61,844 nt of DNA, taken from assembly GCA_964650905.1 (NCBI GenBank), contig CAZYVH010000003.1, positions 18,230-80,073 of the forward strand, given 5' to 3'. This DNA is from an uncultured Wenzhouxiangellaceae bacterium (lineage in GTDB: Bacteria; Pseudomonadota; Gammaproteobacteria; Xanthomonadales; SZUA-36). The notes under the pieces are model-generated. The model did no database searches and was not told where the DNA came from. It worked only from the letters and a program-made list of their open reading frames with translations. How positions within the stretch are numbered: position 1 is the first letter of the stretch; each line of letters starts with the position of its first letter. The position numbers and the translations under genes are program-made. Below are positions 48,609-58,124 of this stretch, piece by piece.

Positions 48609-50002
48609 GCTGTCGGTTCCAGCTTGAAAATTTTGCCCGGATTCAGTATTCCTTTTGGATCGAGCGCGCGTTTCAGGGTTTTCATCAGGGCAATTTCAGC
48701 CTCGCTGCGTGAGTGCCCCAGATAGGCGCGTTTGGCCAGTCCAATACCGTGTTCGGCAGAAATGACCGCGGCACGGCGCTCCAGTTCATCGTAGACAATG
48801 CGCTCAACCGCGAGCACTTCAGTTTCACCCAGCGTACCCAGTGTAATGACAAGGTGGATGTTACCGTCGCCGATGTGGCCAAAAACAACCATGCGCGAGG
48901 TGGGCCAGTGTTGACTCAGTTGCTCACGCACGTCTTCGACATAGTCCGCCATTTCGGGAATACCCAGACTGATGTCGAAAACCATGGGTGGAAACATCTT
49001 GCGATTGAGTCCCTCAATATCATCACGTATCCCCCACAGGTCCGAACGCTGCTGTTTGCTCTGTGCAATGACGGCGTCATCGGCCAGGTTTTGATCAAGG
49101 GCTGCAGCCAGGGTGCTTTCAAAACGCTCCCGATCCGCAACTTCATTGCCGCCGGTGGACTCGAGCAAAACATAAAATGGATAGGACTGGTCCAGCGGCA
49201 GGCCATGTTTGGCGCCATCACCGGTTACCAGGGTGTAAAAATCGTTCCACATCACTTCAAATGCACTCAGGGTTCCGCCCAGATCAGAATCCATTTTCCG
49301 CAGCAGTTGCCCGAGGCTTTCAAAGTCTGCTACCGCCACCAGTGCAGTGTCGCACGAACACGGTGCAGGACGCAGGCGCAGTACAGCGCGTGTTACGATC
49401 CCGAGGGTACCTTCCGAGCCGATAAAGAGTTGTTTCAGGTCATAGCCGGTGTTGTTCTTGAGGACACCTTTCAAGGATGAAATGACGGTGCCGTCAGCGA
49501 GCACTGCCTCGATGCCGAGCACCTGCTCGCGCATCATACCGTAACGGATAACGCTGTTCCCGCCGGCATTGGTTGAGATGTTGCCACCGATGGTGCAACT
49601 GCCACGCGCGCCAAGGTCCAGTGCGAACAGCAAGCCGGCATCGGCAGCAGCTTCCTGCACCCGTTGCAGCGCTGCGCCGGCTTCCACGCTCAACGTGCGG
49701 TTGACGCTGTCAACGGGCTCGATGCCACGCATACGCTCCAACGACAGGACCAGGTCCCCGGGAGCGGTCCGTGCGCCTCCCGCCAAACCCGTCAGACCGC
49801 CATGGGTCACCACACTCTGGCCTGCTGCGTGGCAGAGCTTCAACACCCCGGCAACCTCCGCAGTGCTCCTGGGACGAACGATAGCTGTAGCCTGGCAACC
49901 GCCCATAGGTGGCCAGAAGTCTGAGCGAGTGGTGACGTCTTTACCCCGTAAAAGTCCCCCGGGCCCGACGATATCTTCAATGGCAGTCAATAATTTTTTC
50001 AT
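48605..50002 (-). CDS. FAD-linked oxidase (GlcD/D-lactate or D-2-hydroxyacid dehydrogenase-like)
   Basis: It has a PCMH-type FAD-binding domain and an FAD-oxidase C-terminal domain pattern (VTHGGLTGLAGG, GGNISTNAGG, AEHGIGLAKR). ATG at 50002 (MKKLLTAIEDIVG) is the start. An ATGA overlap links it to the downstream TPP-enzyme gene. Confidence 0.85.
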   Translation of the reverse strand: MKKLLTAIEDIVGPGGLLRGKDVTTRSDFWPPMGGCQATAIVRPRSTAEVAGVLKLCHAAGQSVVTHGGLTGLAGGARTAPGDLVLSLERMRGIEPVDSVNRTLSVEAGAALQRVQEAAADAGLLFALDLGARGSCTIGGNISTNAGGNSVIRYGMMREQVLGIEAVLADGTVISSLKGVLKNNTGYDLKQLFIGSEGTLGIVTRAVLRLRPAPCSCDTALVAVADFESLGQLLRKMDSDLGGTLSAFEVMWNDFYTLVTGDGAKHGLPLDQSYPFYVLLESTGGNEVADRERFESTLAAALDQNLADDAVIAQSKQQRSDLWGIRDDIEGLNRKMFPPMVFDISLGIPEMADYVEDVREQLSQHWPTSRMVVFGHIGDGNIHLVITLGTLGETEVLAVERIVYDELERRAAVISAEHGIGLAKRAYLGHSRSEAEIALMKTLKRALDPKGILNPGKIFKLEPTA

Positions 50003-50103
50003 ATCTCTCGTATTTGGCTGTAGGCGCATTCATGCAATAATTGTGAAACCCGCCGGATTCAACAACAGGACGGACCATTGAAACACACCAGCAAAGTAAT
50101 TTC

Positions 50104-51999
50104 ATGTCGCCGATCACCCTCAAAAACATCAGTTTAAGCTTTGGTTCGCCGCCATTGCTGCAGGCTGTCAATTTACATATCAAGGCCAATGAAAGGGTCT
50201 GTCTGCTGGGGCGTAACGGTACCGGTAAGTCGACCCTGTTAAAACTTGTCAACGGCGAAATCCAGGCCGATGAGGGCAGCATCCGTGTTCCACAGGGTGT
50301 CAGGATAGCCAGGCTAAGCCAGGAACTGCCGGCGGTCATGGACGGTACCGTCAACGAGGTGGTAGCGGGGGGACTGGAGCGAGCGGGCAAGCTGTTGCAA
50401 CGTTATTATCACCTATTGCATGACATCGCCGGCCACGCGGATGAGCGCTTGCTCAAGCAACTGGGTGATTGCCAGCAGCAACTCGAAGATGCGGGTGGAT
50501 GGGAAATCTCGCAGCGTCTCGATGCCGTCATTACAAAACTGCAACTCGCTGGGAATACCGATTTCAACAAACTGTCGGGTGGGTTGAAACGCCGCGTGCT
50601 ACTGGCCCGTGCGCTGGTCAACCAACCTGACCTGTTGTTGTTGGATGAGCCGACGAACCACCTGGATATCGATTCCATCATCTGGCTGGAAAAGTTTCTG
50701 CTGGACTGGAACGGCAGCCTGTTGTTTATCAGCCACGACCGCGCCTTTGTGCAAAAGCTCGCAACCCGTATCATTGAAATTGACCGCGGCCAACTGAGCA
50801 ACTGGCCGGGTGACTACCCGACCTATGTTGCTCGTAAACAAAAAGCACTTGCTGATGAAGAAAGTGAAAACGCCCTGTTTGACAAGAAGCTTGCGCGTGA
50901 AGAGATCTGGATACGCCAGGGCATCAAGGCGCGTCGTACCCGTAATGAGGGGCGTGTGCGCGCACTCGAGGCGCTACGGCGTAAACGTGCACAAAGACGT
51001 GTGTTCACCGGTAGCGCCAGGGTACAGATACAGACGGCGGAGAATTCCGGAAAAATTGTTCTGGACGCTGAAGACGTTTCTTATGCCTGGGAAGATAAGT
51101 CCGTGATTGAAGGCTTCAGTACAACGGTACTCAGAGGCGACAAGGTCGGCATCATCGGCCCCAATGGCGCGGGTAAAACAACGCTGGTCCGCTTATTACT
51201 TGGCGAATTGTCACCCACAAAGGGGCACGTGAAGACCGGCACCCGGCTGAAGATCGCTTACTTTGACCAGCACCGCGCTGTTCTGGATGAGGAAACAACC
51301 GTGCAGGACAGTATCGCCGGTGGCAGTGATATGGTGAGCATCGAGGGCAAGGACCGTCATGTGATTTCGTACCTGCGCGACTTCCTGTTTGCCCCGGAGC
51401 GTGTACGCCAGCCCGTCAAGGCGCTCTCCGGTGGTGAACGTAACCGCTTGTTGCTGGCACGCTTGTTTTCGCGACCCTCGAATGTACTGGTGCTTGATGA
51501 GCCGACCAACGACCTGGACGCCGATACGCTCGACCTGCTCGAAGAACGCCTGGTCGAATATCCGGGAACGGTGCTGCTGATTTCACACGACCGTGCCTTC
51601 CTCGACCACGTCGTGACCTCAACGATCGTATTTGAAGGCCAGGGCAGGGTGCACGAATATGTCGGTGGCTACAGCGACTGGCTGCGACAGAGCCAGACAG
51701 CACATAAAAGCACCCGGCAGACCGGCCGCCCGAAGAAGGCACCTGAAACGAGAGTCGGTGCCCCCCGCGCCCTGAACTATAACGAACGCCAGGAGCTATC
51801 CCGCCTGCCCATAAAACTGGAAAAACTTGAGCAGCAGCAGCGTCGCTTACACGAACAAATGGCTGCGAACGGTTTCTACCGGCAAGACGCGGTAAAAATA
51901 AAGCAGACGCAGGCACAACTTGTGCGGCTGGATGCAGAGCTGGCGAAAACCTTTGCACGTTGGGAAGCACTCGAAGAGAAAAACATCCCAGAAATCTGA
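50104..51999 (+). CDS. uup: ABC-F family ATPase Uup
   Basis: 631 aa with two ABC cassettes (GRNGTGKST, GPNGAGKTT; LSGGLKRR, LSGGERNR). The inter-domain linker (IWIRQGIKARRTRNEGRVRALE) and the C-terminal coiled coil match my recollection of E. coli Uup. Confidence 0.9.
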   Translation: MSPITLKNISLSFGSPPLLQAVNLHIKANERVCLLGRNGTGKSTLLKLVNGEIQADEGSIRVPQGVRIARLSQELPAVMDGTVNEVVAGGLERAGKLLQRYYHLLHDIAGHADERLLKQLGDCQQQLEDAGGWEISQRLDAVITKLQLAGNTDFNKLSGGLKRRVLLARALVNQPDLLLLDEPTNHLDIDSIIWLEKFLLDWNGSLLFISHDRAFVQKLATRIIEIDRGQLSNWPGDYPTYVARKQKALADEESENALFDKKLAREEIWIRQGIKARRTRNEGRVRALEALRRKRAQRRVFTGSARVQIQTAENSGKIVLDAEDVSYAWEDKSVIEGFSTTVLRGDKVGIIGPNGAGKTTLVRLLLGELSPTKGHVKTGTRLKIAYFDQHRAVLDEETTVQDSIAGGSDMVSIEGKDRHVISYLRDFLFAPERVRQPVKALSGGERNRLLLARLFSRPSNVLVLDEPTNDLDADTLDLLEERLVEYPGTVLLISHDRAFLDHVVTSTIVFEGQGRVHEYVGGYSDWLRQSQTAHKSTRQTGRPKKAPETRVGAPRALNYNERQELSRLPIKLEKLEQQQRRLHEQMAANGFYRQDAVKIKQTQAQLVRLDAELAKTFARWEALEEKNIPEI

Positions 52000-52005
52000 A
52001 AAAAA

Positions 52006-52081
<76 letters not shown>

Positions 52082-52100
52082 ACAGGGGAATTATCCTATA

Positions 52101-53519
52101 ATGAATCCCGTGTATAAACCACCTATTCGTCTTAATGACCTGGCGCGTCTTGCCGAGCAACTGAACGCGGACAGCGACATGCCGTTGCATAAACTCGCGG
52201 CGCGTGACCGTAAGATCGGTATGCAGTATAAGACCGGCAGCGATCAATCGAAACTCATGGCCTGGCTGGATGCGCTGGGTAGCAGAACAGACCTTCATCT
52301 GGACAGCCTGGTTACCACAATCAGCGCATGGCTGGGGATCGCAGGATTTATCTCAGGTATCTGTGTGATGACCGGCTTGCTGGTGATGGGCCGCCAACAA
52401 CCGGTCAATGTGTTGCTGTTCCTGACGCTTTTCATCGGTACACAGCTACTGTTTTTACTGCTGACCCTCGTCGTCAGCCTCAGTATGGCGCGGGCTGGCG
52501 CACTGCATCTGCCATTTGAGAGCCTTAACCCGGCCAGGTTCATGCTGAGGCGTGTGCTGGCCAGGCTGACAAAGCACATCGGTGAGGCGAGCTTTGCCAC
52601 GGTTGGCCGTCTTGCGTTACTTCGTTGGGGGCAGCTATTTGGCGTCGCCTTCAATATCGGGGCAGCCGTAGCCTTCATGCTTATCCTGCTGGTAACCGAC
52701 CGCAGTTTTGGCTGGAGTTCAACGCTGGAGATTTCCGACCAGGTGCTGTTGCGTATCACGCAAGTCCTGTCAGCACCATGGTCCCAATGGCTGCCAGCCA
52801 CAGAAATAAGCCCGGACATCATCGCCATTACCCGTTTCCGTGCATTACAGGTGGTGTTCGATGCCCAACAGGTCGCAGCGATGCGTGCCTGGTGGCCGTT
52901 TTTGTTTCTCAACATGATTGTTTATGGCCTTCTGCCGCGTGCGATTTTGTGGGCCTTTTTTCAGTTGCAATACCGGCGACGACTGGACGCGGCATTTTTG
53001 CATTACCCCGGTGCCGGCCTGGTGTTGGAACGTATGGCCTCACCACGTGTTGATACGCGTTCTGACACAGATATGCAAGAGGCTGGGCTGGCCCCGGGGC
53101 AGGATGTCGGAACACTGGTATACGGTCGTCACTTCACTGTACTTATTGACTGGGCTGCCGCCGTGGCCGACAGTTCAGAGGGTCTGCAGGCGCTGGGTGT
53201 TAATGCGGGTATGATAGAGCAGGCCGGGTTGCAGTCGGCCGATGACCTTGAACTGATTTCGGATTTGAACCGGGACAAACCGGCAACACTCGCTATCGCG
53301 GTAAAAAGTTGGGAACCTCCGCTCGCGGACCTGGCAGATTTTCTCCTCGCACTGGAGACCGGCGGTGATTGCTTCCTGCTGCTGTTGCCCTTAAAGGGCA
53401 GCAGAATAAGCAAGGCTGAGAAGCAGGACTGGCAGCATTTTGTTGGGCAACTGCCGCGCCGGCGTTTGCTCATCCTGACAGTTGAAAGCCACCCATCACA
53501 AACTGCGCCCGCGCCATGA
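52101..53519 (+). CDS. Polytopic membrane protein, DUF2868-like (partner of the downstream GTPase)
   Basis: 472 aa with several TM helices in the first two thirds. An ATGA overlap links it to the downstream GTPase gene. The family name is from memory of this conserved gene pair and is not verified. Confidence 0.5.
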   Translation: MNPVYKPPIRLNDLARLAEQLNADSDMPLHKLAARDRKIGMQYKTGSDQSKLMAWLDALGSRTDLHLDSLVTTISAWLGIAGFISGICVMTGLLVMGRQQPVNVLLFLTLFIGTQLLFLLLTLVVSLSMARAGALHLPFESLNPARFMLRRVLARLTKHIGEASFATVGRLALLRWGQLFGVAFNIGAAVAFMLILLVTDRSFGWSSTLEISDQVLLRITQVLSAPWSQWLPATEISPDIIAITRFRALQVVFDAQQVAAMRAWWPFLFLNMIVYGLLPRAILWAFFQLQYRRRLDAAFLHYPGAGLVLERMASPRVDTRSDTDMQEAGLAPGQDVGTLVYGRHFTVLIDWAAAVADSSEGLQALGVNAGMIEQAGLQSADDLELISDLNRDKPATLAIAVKSWEPPLADLADFLLALETGGDCFLLLLPLKGSRISKAEKQDWQHFVGQLPRRRLLILTVESHPSQTAPAP

Positions 53520-54913
53520 CCACCCCACGCTTCGCGGTCGTTGGTCACCCCAATAAGGGCAAATCCAGTATCGTTGCGACCCTGGCACAAGATGATTCAG
53601 TCTATATTGACCGTCTTTCCGGTTCTACCTTAAAAGCGCGCCGTTACCCCATGCAGGTGGATGGTGAAATGCTCTACGAGTTGATCGATACACCGGGTTT
53701 CCAGCGCCCACGCGCCACATATGACTGGCTGAGGCAGCATTGTGACGATGTCTCGCAACGTCCAGCTACCGTCAGGACATTTTGCGAACAGAAGCGGGAT
53801 GAGAGGGATTTCGTCAATGAATGCGAATTGTTGCAAGCGATTGTCGATGGCGCTGGAATCATTTACGTGGTGGACGGTTCGCTGCCTTACGGGCCCGAAT
53901 ACACGCCGGAAATGGAAATCCTGCGCTGGACCGGGCAGCCCAGCCTGGCCCTCATCAACCCGATCGATAATGACACTTATGTGCAGGTCTGGGAGAACGC
54001 CCTCGGCCAGTATTTCAAGACCGTACGGATTTTTAATGCCCACTGGGCGGAATTTGATAAACGTGTCGAATTATTAATGGTATTCGGACAATTGCACCCG
54101 ACCTGGCAGCGGCCGCTGGAAAAGGCCGTGCGGTGCCTCAAGACTGAGTACGAACGTCAGTTGCTGCGTGCTGCCGAGGAGATCACCGATATGCTGAGCT
54201 ACATTGTGCGGCACCGGGAAAGTCAAAAATTGCCCAATGACATCGCACCTGAACCGGTTAAAAAAATACTTGCAAAAAAATATGAGGCAGCCATCAGGAA
54301 AAGCGAAAGGAAGTGTCGCCGGCGCGTTGAGGAAATCTATAACTATTACCGCTTGCAAACACGGGAACAGGCGCTGGATATCGACGCTGCCGACCTGTTC
54401 GATCAACAAACCTGGTACCTGTTCGGACTGAGCAGGAAGCAGTTGCTGCTGGCCTCTGCGAGCGCTGGCGCTTCTGCGGGCCTGCTGTTTGATGTGGCCG
54501 TAGGTGGTCATTCACTGCTGGGGGGCGCCATCCTGGGCGGGCTCGCTGGTGCTTACGGTGGCTGGCGGTATTCCAATGAGATCGGTTCATTCAGTATCAA
54601 GGGTATGCTGGCCGGTGGCCAGACACTGAGCTATGGCCCCATTCAACACCCCAATTTTCCCTTCGTTGTACTGGGACGAGCTGTGCGCCACATGCAGTTG
54701 ATCTGCCGCCGTACACACGCGGTGCGCGAACCTCTGTCGATCACGCAGAAGAGTCCATTGGCTGGCAGTTCTGCCCGGGATAAGTCCCGTCTGATGGGTA
54801 TTTTCAAAAATCTGGGCGTTTACGAGCCCGACAGTGCGAAATACACCAGGGCGAAAACAGAGTTGCTGGAGATCGTGACTCAACAAATCAGGCAGGCCGG
54901 TAACCGGTCGTAA
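53516..54913 (+). CDS. GTP-binding protein with a C-terminal membrane-associated domain (GTPase/DUF3482-like)
   Basis: G1 is GHPNKGKS, G3 is DTPGF, and the G4-like motif is NPID. The C-terminal Gly/Ala-rich hydrophobic segments are GASAGLLFDVAVGGHSLLGGAILGGLAGAYGG. Confidence 0.7.
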   Translation: MTTPRFAVVGHPNKGKSSIVATLAQDDSVYIDRLSGSTLKARRYPMQVDGEMLYELIDTPGFQRPRATYDWLRQHCDDVSQRPATVRTFCEQKRDERDFVNECELLQAIVDGAGIIYVVDGSLPYGPEYTPEMEILRWTGQPSLALINPIDNDTYVQVWENALGQYFKTVRIFNAHWAEFDKRVELLMVFGQLHPTWQRPLEKAVRCLKTEYERQLLRAAEEITDMLSYIVRHRESQKLPNDIAPEPVKKILAKKYEAAIRKSERKCRRRVEEIYNYYRLQTREQALDIDAADLFDQQTWYLFGLSRKQLLLASASAGASAGLLFDVAVGGHSLLGGAILGGLAGAYGGWRYSNEIGSFSIKGMLAGGQTLSYGPIQHPNFPFVVLGRAVRHMQLICRRTHAVREPLSITQKSPLAGSSARDKSRLMGIFKNLGVYEPDSAKYTRAKTELLEIVTQQIRQAGNRS

Positions 54914-54964
54914 TCCATCTCGCGGCAGCGCTGATCCTACTCGGTGCCAGTGCGACCAGAATAG

Positions 54965-54994
54965 TTGGCACTTGGTTTATTAGAAGAATATAAT
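54965..54994 (+). promoter_or_regulatory. Putative sigma70 promoter of the cytochrome operon
   Basis: TTGGCA (54965-54970), an 18-nt spacer, then TATAAT (54989-54994). It lies about 70 nt upstream of the ATG at 55065. Confidence 0.35.
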
Positions 54995-55064
54995 ATACAC
55001 CGATAGGTCATCTCATCAGGCTGCTCGGTCTGAAGCGAAAACAGCGATACTGGAGCGCACGATT

Positions 55065-55850
55065 ATGAAGCAATCATGTTTCGTTCTGCTTGTAGTGTTT
55101 CTCATACATTCCACCCCCATAATGGCCCAGACTTTCGGTACCAGGCAACCCATGCCGCGACCGGACCAGTACGGCAACGTTGAGATCAATAACTACTCTG
55201 AAAATGCTGGCATCGCAGCCGTGATATTCAGGCACTGGCTGCATCGCGCCAGGTACACATGCAGGCTGTGCCATGTCGATCTCGGTTTCGCGATGCGGGC
55301 CGGGCAAACACATATACGTGAGGCGGATATTCGTAACGGTCTTTATTGCGGCTCTTGCCATAACGGCAAAATCGCGTTCAGTGCCGGGACAGCCGGACAT
55401 CATGAGGCAGACAAGACTACCTGCCAACGCTGCCATTCCCTTGGCCGGGAAATTAAGCTGAAGAATGATTTCTATGCCTTCACCAGAGGCTTTCCAAGTG
55501 CACGTATGGGCAATCGCGTGGACTGGCTCAAGGCCGAGGAAGAGGGGCGTATTCAACTCATAGATTTCCTGGAGGGAATATCAATCAAGCGCAACAGCCT
55601 GGAGCTTCCGCTCGATGTTGAAATTGATGCCAGGGTAGCCCAGATGCCTGACATCGTTTTTTCACATGAGAAACATGCTGTTTGGAACGGTTGTGAGCTT
55701 TGTCACCCACAGATTTTCGCTGTCAGGAAGGCAAGCAGCGTGTACGAAATGCAGGATATTTTTGATGGCAAATTCTGCGGTGCCTGTCATGGCAAGGTAG
55801 CCTTCATGACCCTGGAGTGTCAGCTCTGTCACACAAGGGAATCTTACTGA
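55065..55850 (+). CDS. Periplasmic hexaheme c-type cytochrome (two c7-type triheme modules)
   Basis: A signal peptide is present, with six CxxCH motifs: CRLCH, CGSCH, CQRCH, CELCH, CGACH and CQLCH. The internal duplication is visible by eye. Confidence 0.8.
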   Translation: MKQSCFVLLVVFLIHSTPIMAQTFGTRQPMPRPDQYGNVEINNYSENAGIAAVIFRHWLHRARYTCRLCHVDLGFAMRAGQTHIREADIRNGLYCGSCHNGKIAFSAGTAGHHEADKTTCQRCHSLGREIKLKNDFYAFTRGFPSARMGNRVDWLKAEEEGRIQLIDFLEGISIKRNSLELPLDVEIDARVAQMPDIVFSHEKHAVWNGCELCHPQIFAVRKASSVYEMQDIFDGKFCGACHGKVAFMTLECQLCHTRESY

Positions 55851-55867
55851 GAAAAGCAGCCTGACCA

Positions 55868-56620
55868 ATGGGGAAAAACCGATTACTGCAGTGTGCCCTT
55901 GCCATGACGGTGATGATTACACCTGTCGTGTCCGCCCGGTTTTTTGAACTTCCGCAACTGCCACAAGAATGGAAGTACGGCAATGTTCTGATTACAAGAC
56001 AGGCCGCGACCAGTAACAAACGGCCGGTTTCGTTTTCCCACTGGTCACACAGGACCTACTACACTTGCAGGGTCTGTCATTTTGAACTGGGTTTCGCAAT
56101 GCAAGTCAATACGACCGAAATTACCGAAAATGGCAACCGAAATGGTGAGTATTGCGGTGCCTGTCACAATGGTGAAATTGCCTTTGGTCACACCGATGAG
56201 CATTGTTCACGGTGTCACAATAACGGTTGGGTGGATTATGAAAAGCAGTTCAAAAGACTTGGCCCCCTGCCGCAAGCACCTTTTGGCAATGCGATTGACT
56301 GGGTAAAGGCCCTGGAATATGGCTTGATTCATCCCAAAGCCAGCATCTACGAGGACGAATTTAAACCGGTGGAATATACACGGGAACTCCAGCTTGAAGC
56401 GGACTGGGGGATGATCCCACCCGCCATTTTTTCGCATGAAAAGCACACAGATTGGCTCGATTGCGGGGATTGTCACCCCGGTCTCTTCAATGTAAAAAAG
56501 AAAACTACCAGGCATTTTGAAATGCGTTACATACTTGAAGGAAAATTCTGTGGCAGCTGCCATCTCAAGGTAGCATTTCCCCTGAATGACTGCCAGCGTT
56601 GCCACCCCGACATGAAATAG
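55868..56620 (+). CDS. Periplasmic hexaheme c-type cytochrome, paralogue of the upstream gene
   Basis: A signal peptide is present, with six CxxCH motifs: CRVCH, CGACH, CSRCH, CGDCH, CGSCH and CQRCH. It is collinear with the upstream protein (FSHEKH, GKFCGxCH, VAF shared). Confidence 0.8.
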   Translation: MGKNRLLQCALAMTVMITPVVSARFFELPQLPQEWKYGNVLITRQAATSNKRPVSFSHWSHRTYYTCRVCHFELGFAMQVNTTEITENGNRNGEYCGACHNGEIAFGHTDEHCSRCHNNGWVDYEKQFKRLGPLPQAPFGNAIDWVKALEYGLIHPKASIYEDEFKPVEYTRELQLEADWGMIPPAIFSHEKHTDWLDCGDCHPGLFNVKKKTTRHFEMRYILEGKFCGSCHLKVAFPLNDCQRCHPDMK

Positions 56621-56621
56621 G

Positions 56622-56936
56622 ATGAGTTCAAGGCCGGTTTTCACTGTGTTACTGACTATTCTGGCGGGCCTGTCACTTGCGGGGGTTTGCAACTCCGCAT
56701 CAACGACATGGAAAGAGGAGTTCGAGCGTATCTGCAGGCAAACGCAAACCGCATCTTCGTTGTCTGCAGAGCAATTGCAGCAGTTAGTCGATGCTAGCGA
56801 CACACTGCTGGAGCAATTGGCTCATATTGGCAACCCCCAAGGCAAAGTCTACGTCTTCCGGCTAGAGAACTGCCGCAATTTTTTTGTGTATTTACTCCAC
56901 CTGAACACGCTGGATGAAGAGGGTAGTGCTCAATAG
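56622..56936 (+). CDS. Small exported hypothetical protein
   Basis: The ATG lies 1 nt after the cytochrome stop (TAGGATG). The signal peptide is VFTVLLTILAGLSLAGVCNSA. 104 aa. No family was recognised. Confidence 0.4.
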   Translation: MSSRPVFTVLLTILAGLSLAGVCNSASTTWKEEFERICRQTQTASSLSAEQLQQLVDASDTLLEQLAHIGNPQGKVYVFRLENCRNFFVYLLHLNTLDEEGSAQ

Positions 56937-56977
56937 AGACAGTCTTCAACTTGAAGGCTGTTTCGTAGAAAGTATTC

Positions 56978-58120
56978 TTACTGTGCAAACTCCTGGCCTG
57001 GACCATCTATCAATACCTCGAGTTTCTTGAGCAGGTTTTGCCAGCTAAACTGTTGACCCAGTCTCACCGCTGATTGCTCCATCTGTGTCTGTTTGTCCGC
57101 CTGAAAATGTCTGATCAGCGTTTGGGCAAGTGAGTGGGGGCATCCGGGTGGTACGACATAGCCATTGACACCCTCTACCACTGACCCGGGCAGTGCACCA
57201 ACGTCTGACACGATTACCGGTCTGCTGAAACTGTAAGCCAGCTTAGCTATACCACTACCTGATGCAGAAAGGTAGGGCAGCACCACGATATCGCTGGCGC
57301 AGAAATAGTTCGCGACCTCGTTCATGGGTACGTAGCGGTTCTCCAGCCGGACATGTCTTGTCAGCCCAAGCTCGCTCACCAATGACTTGTAGTGGCCGAT
57401 ATCCTTCCAGAACTCACCCACGACCAGTAAAGTGCATTCAAGCTTCGCAAGCACTTCGGGCATCGCATGGATAAGCACATCCAATCCTTTGTATGGTCGG
57501 ACAAAGCCAAAAAAAAGCAGGCTTGGTCCCTCAACTTGCAAAGCACTGCGTGCATCAGCCTTGGTGACCGGTTTGCCCACGTCATAAACAGGGTGTTCCG
57601 CTACGGCAATATCTGGTTCATCCAGTTGCTGCTCAAGCTGTTGACGGTCGATTTGGGAATGTACCAGGTAAGCATCACCCAAAACCAGAATCCGGCGAGT
57701 AATAAATCTCGTCATCCAGTTGCTCTCGTGGGCCGTTACGTTGTGGCAAATGAAGATCACCTTGATATTTGTTCGCTTGTGACGAATCATCCATATCGTC
57801 GCAGCAAACTGTGGTGCCCAAAAAGACACCCACCATGGCAATATCAGTACATCGGCTTCAAAAGCGATTATTTTTCTGGCAGCCCGCCACCACGTACACG
57901 GGTTTAGCGAGTCAAAGACAGGGTGGGCTTCGGGTTCCTGTAACGAAGCCGTCGATTTATCAACGTCATTTCCCCCTGGGTAAAGGAAACCAGGGTACTG
58001 GCGCTTAAACGTAATAAAAACAACCTTATGTCGCTGTTTGATTGCCCTGAATAGGGCTGTAGTGTATTGGGAGATGCCACCCTTATAGGGATAGGATGGA
58101 CCCAGCATGGCAATTTTCAA
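56978..58120 (-). CDS. Group 1 (GT4-type) glycosyltransferase
   Basis: 380 aa. The N-terminus MKIAMLGPSYPYKGGISQYT and the C-terminal GT1 pattern (LLVVGEFW..., DIVVLPYLSASGSGIAKLAYSFSRPVIVSDVGALP) support the call. Confidence 0.8.
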   Translation of the reverse strand: MKIAMLGPSYPYKGGISQYTTALFRAIKQRHKVVFITFKRQYPGFLYPGGNDVDKSTASLQEPEAHPVFDSLNPCTWWRAARKIIAFEADVLILPWWVSFWAPQFAATIWMIRHKRTNIKVIFICHNVTAHESNWMTRFITRRILVLGDAYLVHSQIDRQQLEQQLDEPDIAVAEHPVYDVGKPVTKADARSALQVEGPSLLFFGFVRPYKGLDVLIHAMPEVLAKLECTLLVVGEFWKDIGHYKSLVSELGLTRHVRLENRYVPMNEVANYFCASDIVVLPYLSASGSGIAKLAYSFSRPVIVSDVGALPGSVVEGVNGYVVPPGCPHSLAQTLIRHFQADKQTQMEQSAVRLGQQFSWQNLLKKLEVLIDGPGQEFAQ

Positions 58121-58124
58121 TAGT

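Noticed and set aside
54966-54985. A sigma54-like TGGCAC element upstream of the cytochrome genes.
   Set aside because: The expected -12 TTGC is replaced by TTAT at the correct spacing. The same bases fit a sigma70 -35/-10 pair better (TTGGCA-N18-TATAAT).
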